A stretch of DNA of 64,000 bases, from positions 2,524,773-2,588,772 of the forward strand of contig WTGQ01000002.1 in the NCBI GenBank assembly GCA_011525365.1, written 5' to 3'. Of this stretch, positions 48,097-59,337 are shown piece after piece. The position numbers and the translations under genes were made by a program. The stretch is from Acidobacteriota bacterium. Its GTDB lineage: Bacteria; Acidobacteriota; Thermoanaerobaculia; Multivoradales; Multivoraceae. Each line of letters starts with the position of its first letter. Position 1 is the first letter of the stretch. The notes under the pieces are model-generated. The model was not told the DNA's origin, searched no databases, and saw only the letters and a list, made by a program, of their open reading frames with translations.

Positions 48097-49812
48097 CTAG
48101 TCAGGCAGCGCGAAGACCCAGAGCACGCCGCCCTGCGGTACGTAGGTCCGGGTGCCGATCGCTCCGTCCAGGTGGTTCGTTCCGCGCTGGGCGTCGACGC
48201 CCCAGCCCGACTGGACGGCGATGTACTGCACGCCGTCGACCTCGTAGGACGTGGGAACGCCGGTGACGCCCGAGTTCGTGCGCTGGCGCCACAGGAGTTC
48301 TCCCGTGGCGGCGTCGAAGGCGCGGAAGTAGCGGTCACTGGTGCCGCCGGCGAAGACGAGACCGCCGGCTGTCGTCAGCACCGGCCCCCAGAGCTTGCGC
48401 TCGAACTCGACGGTCCAGACCTTCTCGCGCTTGTCGAGATCCCACGCCTGCAGCTCGCCGTAGTGCTCGGCGCCCTCCCGCGACACGAAACCTCCCTCCA
48501 TGCCCATGAAAGTGCGCCCCGGCCGGTAGTCCTCCTCGACGCCCTCGAGGTGGGAGCAGGTGTTCTCGTTGGCCGGGATGTAGAGCAGCCTGGTGTCCGG
48601 GTTCCATGCGGCCGGCGGCCAGTTCTTGGCGCCGGACCAGGACGGACAGAACACGGCTCGTTCGCCGGTGCCCGGGGTCTTCGCCGGGTCGTACTCGGGC
48701 CGCCCGGTCTCCGGATCGATCGACGTGAACACGTCCTGGTAGACGAACTTCGTCGCGTCCAGGAAGTCGATCGAGTCGGCGCTCCTCTCCAGCACCCAGA
48801 TGTAGGCGTTGCGGCCGGGATGGACCAGCGCCTTGCGCGTGCTGCCACCGCGCTCGACGTCGATCAGGAGCGGCGGATCGACCTCGTCCCAGTCCCAGCT
48901 GTCGTTCCAGTGGTACTGGTGATGCGCCCGGATCGCGCCAGTGTCGATGTCGAGGGCCAGTACCGAGGTCGAGTACAGGTTGTCGCCTGGACGCGCGTCG
49001 CCCATCCAGGGGCCGCCGTTGCCGGTGCCCCAGTACGTCAACCGGAGATCCGGGTCGTAGGTGCCGGTGACCCAGACGGAGACGCCGCCGGTGCGCCACG
49101 TGTCGCCGGGCCAGGTCTCGTGGCCGGGTTCGCCGGGGCCGGGAATCGTGTAGGTCTTCCAGAGTTCGTCGCCGCTGTCCGCGTCGTAGGCGGCGATGAA
49201 GCCGCGAACTCCCCACTCGCCGCCGGACACCCCGACGATCACCTTGCCCTCGACCGCCAGCGGCGCGAGCGTCATGTAGTAGCCGCGGGCGTAGTTCTCC
49301 ACCGCCGTCTCCCAGGCCACCCTTCCCGTCCGCGCGTCGAGAGCGAACAAGCGGGCATCTACGGTGGCGACGAACGCCCGCTCGCCCCACAGCGCGACGC
49401 CGCGGTTCGTCGGGTGCATCTGCTGCAGGTCCTCGGGGAGCTCCGGGACGAAGCGCCACAGCAGCTCGCCGGTTCGCGCATCGAGCGCCAGCACGCGGCT
49501 CCCCGGCGTCGTGATGAACAGCGTCCCGTCGTTGACGATCGGCGGCGCCTGGTGGCCCTCGTTGATGCTGGTCGAAAACGTCCAGGCCGGCGCGAGCGAG
49601 GCGACGTTCGAGGTGTCGATCCGGTCGAGCGGGCTGTAGCCCCAGCCGTCGTAAGTGCGCCGGTACATGAGCCAGTTCTCGGGCTCCGGCGAGATGAGCC
49701 GCTCCTGGGTGACTGCGCGGTAGGCGCGCTCCTGGCCGATCGCCGGCACCACCGCGGCGCCGAACATAAGGAGGGCGACCGTCCGTCGAAGAACTGCTTG
49801 CCGGTCCACCAT
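48097..49812 (-). CDS. PQQ-dependent dehydrogenase (eight-bladed beta-propeller, methanol/ethanol family)
   Basis: Signal peptide. NWLMYRRTYDGWGYSPLDRI, repeated W-motifs and DARTGELLW / DAATGELLW propeller repeats. No adjacent Cys-Cys pair. Confidence 0.9.
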   Translation of the reverse strand: MVDRQAVLRRTVALLMFGAAVVPAIGQERAYRAVTQERLISPEPENWLMYRRTYDGWGYSPLDRIDTSNVASLAPAWTFSTSINEGHQAPPIVNDGTLFITTPGSRVLALDARTGELLWRFVPELPEDLQQMHPTNRGVALWGERAFVATVDARLFALDARTGRVAWETAVENYARGYYMTLAPLAVEGKVIVGVSGGEWGVRGFIAAYDADSGDELWKTYTIPGPGEPGHETWPGDTWRTGGVSVWVTGTYDPDLRLTYWGTGNGGPWMGDARPGDNLYSTSVLALDIDTGAIRAHHQYHWNDSWDWDEVDPPLLIDVERGGSTRKALVHPGRNAYIWVLERSADSIDFLDATKFVYQDVFTSIDPETGRPEYDPAKTPGTGERAVFCPSWSGAKNWPPAAWNPDTRLLYIPANENTCSHLEGVEEDYRPGRTFMGMEGGFVSREGAEHYGELQAWDLDKREKVWTVEFERKLWGPVLTTAGGLVFAGGTSDRYFRAFDAATGELLWRQRTNSGVTGVPTSYEVDGVQYIAVQSGWGVDAQRGTNHLDGAIGTRTYVPQGGVLWVFALPD

Positions 49813-49814
49813 CG

Positions 49815-50378
49815 TCAGAACTCCCTCTCGAACCGGATCGTCGCGCTGAAGCCGCCGGCCGCCACGAGCACACCCTCTTCCGAGCGAAGCGGCAGCGACG
49901 GCAGCCGCCGCGGGGCCGGGCCCGAGATCACTTCGGCGCCGTCCCGCGGGTCGAACTCCGAGTCATGGCAGGAACAGACCAGGAACTCGGCCTCCTCGGA
50001 CCAGTCCTCGATATCGCAGCCGGTGTGGGTGCAGATGCCCGAGTAGGCGACGACGCCGTCTGCGGACGCTTCGCGCGTCTCCGGTGTCAGCGAATCGGGC
50101 TCGAAGCGCAGCAGCAGCACCTGGTTGAGGCGCGAACCGTCACGCACGGCCCCGGATGCAGGGTCCATCGCGTAACAGATGAGCTGCTCGCTCACCAGGG
50201 GAACGTCCTCGACCCGGATCGTCTCGCCCTGGCGCGCCCCGAAGGCGAAGACGAAGCGGTCCCCTTCGCGGGGTCGAGCCTTCCGCGGATCGTCGGATTG
50301 CGCGTGCAGCACGTTCAGGCCACGCACACCCAAACCCAGTGCCAGGGCCGATTTCAGAACGGTGCGACGGTCCTCCAT
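49815..50378 (-). CDS. Tat-exported Rieske [2Fe-2S] domain protein
   Basis: Twin-arginine signal RRTVLKSALALGLG. Rieske boxes CTHTGC and CSCHDSEF. Lies 2 nt upstream of the PQQ dehydrogenase on the same strand. Confidence 0.8.
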   Translation of the reverse strand: MEDRRTVLKSALALGLGVRGLNVLHAQSDDPRKARPREGDRFVFAFGARQGETIRVEDVPLVSEQLICYAMDPASGAVRDGSRLNQVLLLRFEPDSLTPETREASADGVVAYSGICTHTGCDIEDWSEEAEFLVCSCHDSEFDPRDGAEVISGPAPRRLPSLPLRSEEGVLVAAGGFSATIRFEREF

Positions 50379-50477
50379 GGCCGGCGAAGGCTAGCAGCCC
50401 CGGTGCTACGATTCCGCCGCTTCAGAACGCTCGATTCATCCTCCGGCCACCGACCCGGCCGCGACCAGGTAACCAGC

Positions 50478-51908
50478 ATGATCGACATCCCCGCCATCCG
50501 TTGGGGCAAGCCCTACGAGTCGCTCGAGAAGGCGACGATCGTTCACTTCGAGACCGGCGAGGAACTGGCGACGCTGCACCAGACCAACCCCGGCCTGGTC
50601 CAGCGGGACATGCGCCGCGCCCAGCGCGCCCGCGACATCCTGCGCGAGATTCCGTCCAGCGAACTGATCTCCATGGTGATCGAGGCCGCCGACCTCTACC
50701 TGAACGCGAACCTGCCCCTGGGCAGCGGCAGCCAGACCCCGGAGGACTTCGTCCACTACCAGTCGGCGACGACCGGCCTGCCCGAGCACATGTGCCGGGC
50801 GAACATGGACAAGAACCACTTCGTGCTGACGAACATGGGCGAGGTGCTGGAGGCGCTGACCCGCGGTCTCGACCTCGACATCCTGGCTCGGGGCCACGGC
50901 GTCGAGGAGCGCGGCGTGCCGGTCAGCTACCAGGCGCAGGCGCCGGTGATCGGCCTGGTGCTGCCGTCCAACTCGCCGGGCGTGCACACGCTGTGGATGC
51001 CGGTCATTCCGCTTCAGATCGGCCTCGTGTTCAAGCCCGGACCCCAGGAGCCGTGGACGCCGTACCGGATGACCGAAGCGTTCGCCCAGGCCGGCGTGCC
51101 TCGCGAGGCCATCTCGATCTACCCGGGCGAGGGCGACATCGGCGCGGCCGTCCTCGCCTCCTGTTCCCGCAGCATGATCTTCGGCGGCGCGGACACCGTC
51201 GCCCGTTACCAGAACGATCCCCGGGTCCAGCCGCACGGCCCCGGCTTCAGCAAGATCCTGCTCGGCGACGACGTCGTCGACGACTGGGAGCAGTACCTCG
51301 ACGTCATGGTCGACAGCGTGCTGGTCAACAGCGGCCGGAGCTGCATCTCCTGCTCCGGCGTCTGGGCCTCCCGCCACACGGAGGAGATCGCCCGGGCCCT
51401 CGCCGAGCGGCTGGCGCCGGTCTTGCCGAAACCGGCCGACGACCCGGAATCGCCCCTCGCGGCCTTCACCGTGCCCGGCATGGCGAAGGCGATCAACGGC
51501 ATGATCGACGCCCAGGTCGACGTTCCCGGCGTTCGCGACCTGACGTCGGAGATCCGCGGCAACGGCCGGCTCGACGAACGCGAACGCTGCGACTACCTGC
51601 TGCCAACCGTTCTCCACTGCGCCGACGCCGACATCGAAGCCGCAAACGTCGAGTACATGTTCCCCTTCGTCTCCGTCGTCGAGTGCCCGCAGCAGAAGAT
51701 GCTGAATGCGATCGGCGACACCCTGGTGTGCAGCGCGATCACCGGCGACGAAGGCTGGCGACGCCAACTGATCGACGCCACCCACGTCGACCGTCTGAAC
51801 CTCGGCCCGGTGCCGACGATTCAGCTCAACTGGCTGCAGCCCCACGAAGGCAACATCATCGACTTCCTGTTCCGGGCGCGTGCGTTTCAGGAGGCGGAGG
51901 TCGCGTAG
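50478..51908 (+). CDS. LuxC-like acyl-CoA reductase (aldehyde dehydrogenase superfamily)
   Basis: ATG at 50478 within ORF 49965..51908. ALDH-like fold with a Cys-containing catalytic loop NSGRSCISCSG. Size and organisation match the LuxC family. I recall this family from memory. Confidence 0.6.
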   Translation: MIDIPAIRWGKPYESLEKATIVHFETGEELATLHQTNPGLVQRDMRRAQRARDILREIPSSELISMVIEAADLYLNANLPLGSGSQTPEDFVHYQSATTGLPEHMCRANMDKNHFVLTNMGEVLEALTRGLDLDILARGHGVEERGVPVSYQAQAPVIGLVLPSNSPGVHTLWMPVIPLQIGLVFKPGPQEPWTPYRMTEAFAQAGVPREAISIYPGEGDIGAAVLASCSRSMIFGGADTVARYQNDPRVQPHGPGFSKILLGDDVVDDWEQYLDVMVDSVLVNSGRSCISCSGVWASRHTEEIARALAERLAPVLPKPADDPESPLAAFTVPGMAKAINGMIDAQVDVPGVRDLTSEIRGNGRLDERERCDYLLPTVLHCADADIEAANVEYMFPFVSVVECPQQKMLNAIGDTLVCSAITGDEGWRRQLIDATHVDRLNLGPVPTIQLNWLQPHEGNIIDFLFRARAFQEAEVA

Positions 51909-51963
51909 CGACCCGTCGGGCAGCACCATCTCCCACCCGCGCGTGGCTGTACGATCGCCCACC

Positions 51964-52821
51964 ATGCGCAAGCGGCTGGCTTCCGGCATCGAGCTCCGGA
52001 ACGCGAGTTCCGAGGAGGACTACGCCGCGATCGTCGATCTCCAGCGGCAGACCTGGGGCGACAGCTTCGACGACGCAGTGCCGCCGCCGATGCTGAAGAT
52101 CTCCCAGAAGATGGGCGGCGTGGTCGCCGGCGCCTACGACGAGGCCGGCCGGATGCTGGGCTTCATCTACGGCATGAGCGGCTTCCGCTTCGGGGAGCGC
52201 GCTCACTGGTCCCACATGCTGGCGGTGACGCGGGACGCGCGCGGCCTCGGCCTGGGCCGTGAGCTCAAGGCCTTCCAGCGTGAGCTCCTGCTGGAACTCG
52301 GCGTCGAGACCGTGTACTGGACCTACGACCCCCTGGTCGCCCGGAACGCGAACCTCAACCTGAACCGGCTCGGCGCGCTGCCGGTCGAGTACGTCGAGGA
52401 CATGTACGGCGAGGACACGGGCAGCATCCTGCACAGTGGACTGGGGACGGACCGCTTCATCGTCGCCTGGCCGATCGGCAGCGAGCGTGTGGCGGCCTTG
52501 ATGGAGGGGGGGCCGGCGGCCGGACCTACCCGGGACACGCCGCCTTTCCCCGTCGACGAGACGGTGGTCAACACCGCCTGGGTCGAGGTGCCGCCGAAGA
52601 TCGGCTCGATCCTGCGCGCCTCGCCGGAGGACGCCGCTGCCTGGCGGCGCCGCACCCGCACGCAGTTTCAGGAGCACCTGGAGGACGGCTACGCGGTCAC
52701 GGGGTTCACCTGGCGCGAAAACCCCGAGCCGGATGCCGGCGGGGACGCCGGCGCACCCAGTGTTTCGGACCGGCGCTACTACTACCGGCTCCAGAAGCTC
52801 GAAGGAACGGAGACGCAATGA
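51964..52821 (+). CDS. GNAT family N-acyltransferase
   Basis: Acyl-CoA binding motif RGLGLGRELK in the C-terminal half. The ATG at 51964 overlaps the downstream gene by 4 nt. Confidence 0.6.
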   Translation: MRKRLASGIELRNASSEEDYAAIVDLQRQTWGDSFDDAVPPPMLKISQKMGGVVAGAYDEAGRMLGFIYGMSGFRFGERAHWSHMLAVTRDARGLGLGRELKAFQRELLLELGVETVYWTYDPLVARNANLNLNRLGALPVEYVEDMYGEDTGSILHSGLGTDRFIVAWPIGSERVAALMEGGPAAGPTRDTPPFPVDETVVNTAWVEVPPKIGSILRASPEDAAAWRRRTRTQFQEHLEDGYAVTGFTWRENPEPDAGGDAGAPSVSDRRYYYRLQKLEGTETQ

Positions 52822-53942
52822 GCCTTCAGATCGACTCGATCACCCTGCGCGAGATTCGACTTCCCCTGGTCGAGCCATTCCGGATCTCGTCCGGCGTGAC
52901 GACGACCCGCCGCATCCTGCTGCTGGAGCTGATCGACGCGGACGGCGCCTCGACCTGGTCCGAGTGCGTCGCCGGCGACTTCCCGAACTACTCGCCCGAG
53001 AGCATCGACACGGCGACCCTGGCGATCCGCGAGTGGCTGGCGCCGCGCGTGCTGGGCCGGCACTTCGAGACGCCCGGCGACGTAGCCGAAGCTCTTTCCG
53101 CGGACCTCCGCGGCCACGAGATGGCCCAGGCCGCGATCGAGATGGGGGCCTGGGCGCTGGCGGCCACCAAGGCCGGACAGAGCCTCTCTTCGCTGCTCGG
53201 CGGCACCCGCCAGCGGATTGGCACCGGCATCTCGCTCGGCATCCAGAACTCCCCCGGGGAACTCGCCGACAAGGCCGGGAAGGCACTCGGCGAGGGCTAC
53301 CGGAAGATCAAGCTGAAGATCAAACCGGACCAGGATCTCGACTACCTGCACGCCGTCCGCGAGCGGCTCGGGCCGGATGCGCCGCTGATGGCCGACGCGA
53401 ACAACGCGTACACCCTGGACGACACGGACCACCTCGTCCAACTAGACGACCTCGACCTGGTCATGGTCGAGCAACCCCTGGCCTGGGACGACGTCGCCCG
53501 CCACGCCGAACTCCAGAGACGCATGCGGACCCCGATCTGCCTCGACGAATCGATCACGAACATCTCTCGCGCCGAGGACATGATCCGCCTCCGAAGCGGC
53601 CGGATCATCAACATCAAGCCGGGCCGGGTCGCCGGGTTCACGGCCTCGAAGGCCATCCACGACCTGTGCGAGTCAAACGACATCCCGGTCTGGTGCGGCG
53701 GCATGCTGGAAAGCGGCATCGGCCGCGCCTACAACGTCGCCCTGGCTTCGCTGCCGAACTTCACCATCCCCGGAGACGTGAGCCCCAGCAACCGCTACTG
53801 GGCGCGCGACATCGTGTCGCCGGAGTGGACGATGGACGGAGACGGCTGGGTCGACGTGCCGGACGGCCCCGGCCTCGGCGTGGAGGTCGACCGCGAGCGG
53901 ATCGAGGCTCTGACAGTGCAGCGGGAGACGCTGACGGCCTGA
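52818..53942 (+). CDS. enolase-superfamily o-succinylbenzoate synthase / N-succinylamino acid racemase (MenC/NSAR subgroup)
   Basis: KIKLKIKP (KxK), MADANNAY, VEQP and LDES metal ligands, and a second Lys. 374 aa. Confidence 0.85.
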   Translation: MSLQIDSITLREIRLPLVEPFRISSGVTTTRRILLLELIDADGASTWSECVAGDFPNYSPESIDTATLAIREWLAPRVLGRHFETPGDVAEALSADLRGHEMAQAAIEMGAWALAATKAGQSLSSLLGGTRQRIGTGISLGIQNSPGELADKAGKALGEGYRKIKLKIKPDQDLDYLHAVRERLGPDAPLMADANNAYTLDDTDHLVQLDDLDLVMVEQPLAWDDVARHAELQRRMRTPICLDESITNISRAEDMIRLRSGRIINIKPGRVAGFTASKAIHDLCESNDIPVWCGGMLESGIGRAYNVALASLPNFTIPGDVSPSNRYWARDIVSPEWTMDGDGWVDVPDGPGLGVEVDRERIEALTVQRETLTA

Positions 53943-53957
53943 CGAGATCGCCGGACC

Positions 53958-54428
53958 TCAGTACGTCAGCTTGTCCGGCTTCTCGTCCCATTCACGGAAC
54001 GCGACAGCCGCCTCGTCCTCCAGCAGCCGGATCATCGGGATGGACCGCTCTTCCATCGGAAGGTCGATCTCGCGGTAGATGTGGTCGTCGCTGAAGCCGA
54101 TCTCGCCAGCATCCTGGTGTCGGTTCGCGTAGAAGATCCGGTCGAGCCTTGACCAGTAGATCGCGGCCAGGCACATCGGGCACGGTTCGCACGAAGTGTA
54201 GATGTCACACCCCTCCAGCGTGAACGTCCCCAGCTTCGTACTGGCCGCACGGATCGCATTCATCTCCGCGTGGGCCGTCGGGTCGTTGTCCGACGTCACC
54301 GTGTTGAACGCCTCGGCGACGACCACGCCGTCCCGAACGACCACGGCGCCGAACGGAAAGCCGCGGCCCTCGCGTATGCCGCGCAGCGACAGCGCGATCG
54401 CGCGGCGCATGTGATCTGCGTGCGCCAT
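53958..54428 (-). CDS. CDA-fold nucleoside/base deaminase, GuaD-type (guanine deaminase / TadA-like)
   Basis: HAE and CEPCPMC zinc motifs. 156 aa. Collinear with B. subtilis GuaD recalled from memory (GFPFGAVVV, TSDNDPTAHAE, YTSCEPCPMC, IPM). Confidence 0.8.
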   Translation of the reverse strand: MAHADHMRRAIALSLRGIREGRGFPFGAVVVRDGVVVAEAFNTVTSDNDPTAHAEMNAIRAASTKLGTFTLEGCDIYTSCEPCPMCLAAIYWSRLDRIFYANRHQDAGEIGFSDDHIYREIDLPMEERSIPMIRLLEDEAAVAFREWDEKPDKLTY

Positions 54429-54454
54429 CTGACTGGACGCGGCCGAACCGCCGC

Positions 54455-55216
54455 CTACAGGCTCCAGCCGCCGTCGACGGTCACCGTGTGACCGGTCACG
54501 AACACGTTGCGCTCGATCAGGGCGAGGATCGCGTCGGCGCAGGTCTCGGGAGTCGCCACGCCCCTGAGCGGCGATCCCGCGCTCACGTGCTGCTGGGCCT
54601 TTTCGTAGTCCTCGTCGCCGAGCCCGCCGCGTAGCCAGCGGCCCTCGATGAAGCCCGGGGCGATCGTGTTGACCCGGATCTCGGGGCCGAGCACGCGCGC
54701 CAGCGACTTCGTCATCACGATGACCGCGGCCTTCGACGCGGCATACGGAATGCTGCTGCCGCCGCCGCCGATTCCGGCGATCGAAGCCACGTTGACCACG
54801 GCACCCTCGCCCGCCGCCCTCATGTGGGGCGCGGCCGCCCGCGTGCAGTTGAAGACACCGCGCAGGTTGGCGCCGAGGATGTCGTCCCAGACCTCGTCCG
54901 TCACGCCTTCCAGGTCGTCGTGGGCGATGAAACGGGTCATCCCCGCGTTGTTGACGAGGATGTGCAAAGCGCCGAAGGCCTCGACGGCTGATTCGATGAG
55001 ACGGCGGCAGTCGGCGTCCTTCCGCATGTCGGCCTGCACGGCGACGGCATTGCCACCACGGTCGCGGATGCCGCCGGCGATCCGCTCGGCGGCTTCGGCG
55101 CCGCTGTGGTAGTTGACGACGACCGACGCGCCCATGCTCGCCAGCAGTTCGGCCGTGGCCTCGCCGACGCCGGAGGACGAGCCGGTGACGACGGCGACCT
55201 TGCCTCCGATCTCCAT
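54455..55216 (-). CDS. SDR family oxidoreductase (FabG-like)
   Basis: TGSSSGVG, NNAG, YAASKAA and PG motifs. Confidence 0.85.
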   Translation of the reverse strand: MEIGGKVAVVTGSSSGVGEATAELLASMGASVVVNYHSGAEAAERIAGGIRDRGGNAVAVQADMRKDADCRRLIESAVEAFGALHILVNNAGMTRFIAHDDLEGVTDEVWDDILGANLRGVFNCTRAAAPHMRAAGEGAVVNVASIAGIGGGGSSIPYAASKAAVIVMTKSLARVLGPEIRVNTIAPGFIEGRWLRGGLGDEDYEKAQQHVSAGSPLRGVATPETCADAILALIERNVFVTGHTVTVDGGWSL

Positions 55217-55235
55217 CGGACCGCCCCGGCGAGGC

Positions 55236-56026
55236 CTAGCGGCCCTTCCAGTTCGGCGGCCGCTTCTCGGCGAACGCCCTCGGCCCCTCGATCAGGTCTT
55301 CCGACTGGTTCATCTGCGCCGTCCACGGGAAGATCGAGCCCGCCGCCTGCTCGAGCGCCATGCCGAGGCCCTTGTTCGCGGCCTCCTTGCTGGCGCGCAC
55401 CGACAGCGGCGCGCACTCCAGGATCTGCGCCGCCCAGGCCCGGGCCCGGTCGAGCAACTCGTCGTGAGGGCAGACCTCGTTGACGATCCCCAGTTCCTTC
55501 GCCTCCTGCGGCGTGATGTGGCGGCCGGTGAGCAGCATGCCCATTGCCTGGTGGTAGGGGATCTGCCGCGGCAGCCGGTGTACGCCCAGCGCTCCCGCCA
55601 TCAGGCCGACCCGGGGCTCGGGGAGCCCGAAAGTCGCCTTCTCGGAGGCGATGATGATGTCGCAGGCGAGGACCAGCTCGAAGCCGCCGCCGAGCGCGAA
55701 GCCGTTGACCGCCGCGATCATCGGCTTGTGTAGATCGAAGCGCGCCGTGATGCCGCCGAAACCGCCGCGCACGCCCTTCATCCCGGCCCGCACGACCTTG
55801 CTGCCGTGCTCGGCCTGGTACTTCAGGTCGTTGCCGGCCGAGAACGCGCGATCGCCCGCGCCGGTGAGGATCGCCACCCAGGCGTCGTCGTCGACCGCGA
55901 AGTCGTTGAACACCGAGTCGAGCTCCTGGCTCGTCGGCGGGTGGATCGCGTTCATCCGCTCCGGACGGTTGAGGGTCACTTCCCAGACGTGATCGTTCTT
56001 CTCGACCTGGAGAAACTCGTAGCTCA
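55236..56026 (-). CDS. enoyl-CoA hydratase/isomerase family protein
   Basis: Trimmed to the GTG at 56026 (AGGAG 8 nt upstream). Motifs are YEFLQVEKNDHVWEVTLNRPERMNA and AAVNGFALGGGFEL. Confidence 0.85.
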
Positions 56027-56140
56027 CTTGCCTGCTCCTGTTCGCTTGCGGGGCCGTTCTGCGGCCATTTGATGGAAGGGCGCGAGAGTAGCAGCAGTCC
56101 CGGCCCATTCTCCCCGCCACTTGTTAGCGTTCCACCTGAC

Positions 56141-57193
56141 ATGGCGCTCCTACCCTTGCCAGCCGGCGCCGGTCCGAAAAGCGATCCGTACCGGAGCGGC
56201 GAGTGGTCGTACAACCCCGACCTGAACCGGGTCGCGGCCGCGGCCGCCGACTGGCGAAGCCGCCACCAGCTCACCCCCGCCGCAGCGGACGAGACGAGCC
56301 GCGTTCTCCTGCTGGTCGACGAGCAGCGGGACTTCTGCCTGCCCGAGGGCGCCCTCTACGTCGGCGGCCGTTCGGGCCGCGGTGCGGTCGAAGACACGGG
56401 CCGCGTGGTCCGCTTCATCTACCGCAACCTCGGCAACCTGACCGAGATCGCATCCAGCCTCGACAGCCACACGCCGCAGCAGATCTTCTTCTCGTCCTTC
56501 TGGGTCGACGGCTCGGGCAGGCAGCTCGACGGCTACCGCGAAGTGCTCGCATCCGAGGTCGAAGCCGGCAAGGCGGTCCCCAACCCGGCTCTCGCCGGCT
56601 GGTTCGGCGACGGCACCGCGGAATGGCTCAGGCGCCAGGCCCTGGACTACTGCCAAAGACTCGAGGCGACCGGGAAGTACCGCCTCTACCTGTGGCCGCC
56701 GCACTGCTTCCTCGGCAGCGAGGGTCACGGCCTGGTCGGCGCGGTCCAGGAAGCCCGGTTGTTCTTCAGCTACGCCCGCGGCGCCGAGACGCCGATCCTG
56801 ATCAAGGGCACAAACCCCCTGACCGAGTACTACTCCGTCCTCGCGCCTGAGGTGCTGATCCGCCACGACGGCGAGGAACTCGATCGGCGCAACCAGGCGT
56901 TGATCGACCGGCTGCTTGGCGCCGACGCCGTGATCGTCGCCGGTCAGGCCGCGAGCCACTGCGTCCGCTACACCGTCGACGACCTGCTGGCCGAGATGCA
57001 GTCCCGCGGCGTCCCGGCAAGCCGGCTGCACGTGCTGGCCGACTGCATGTCGGCGGTCGCCGTGCCCGACCCCGCGACGCCCGGCGAGTTCCTCGCCGAC
57101 TTCACACCCGAGGTCGAAGCCTCAATGAAGCGCTGGCGGGAGGCCGGAGTCCACGTCGCGAGTTCGGAGGACGACGCCTCGGACTGGAGCTGA
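56141..57193 (+). CDS. isochorismatase-family cysteine hydrolase, nicotinamidase (PncA)-like, with a C-terminal extension
   Basis: LLLVDEQRDFC (Asp) and the catalytic Cys in AGQAASHCV. 350 aa. Lies next to nadE and pncB. Confidence 0.6.
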   Translation: MALLPLPAGAGPKSDPYRSGEWSYNPDLNRVAAAAADWRSRHQLTPAAADETSRVLLLVDEQRDFCLPEGALYVGGRSGRGAVEDTGRVVRFIYRNLGNLTEIASSLDSHTPQQIFFSSFWVDGSGRQLDGYREVLASEVEAGKAVPNPALAGWFGDGTAEWLRRQALDYCQRLEATGKYRLYLWPPHCFLGSEGHGLVGAVQEARLFFSYARGAETPILIKGTNPLTEYYSVLAPEVLIRHDGEELDRRNQALIDRLLGADAVIVAGQAASHCVRYTVDDLLAEMQSRGVPASRLHVLADCMSAVAVPDPATPGEFLADFTPEVEASMKRWREAGVHVASSEDDASDWS

Positions 57194-57197
57194 CCGC

Positions 57198-59291
<2,094 letters not shown>

Positions 59292-59337
59292 GCGGGATTA
59301 TGAACGACCGGCCGCCGAAGCGCCGTTCCCCGGCGGT

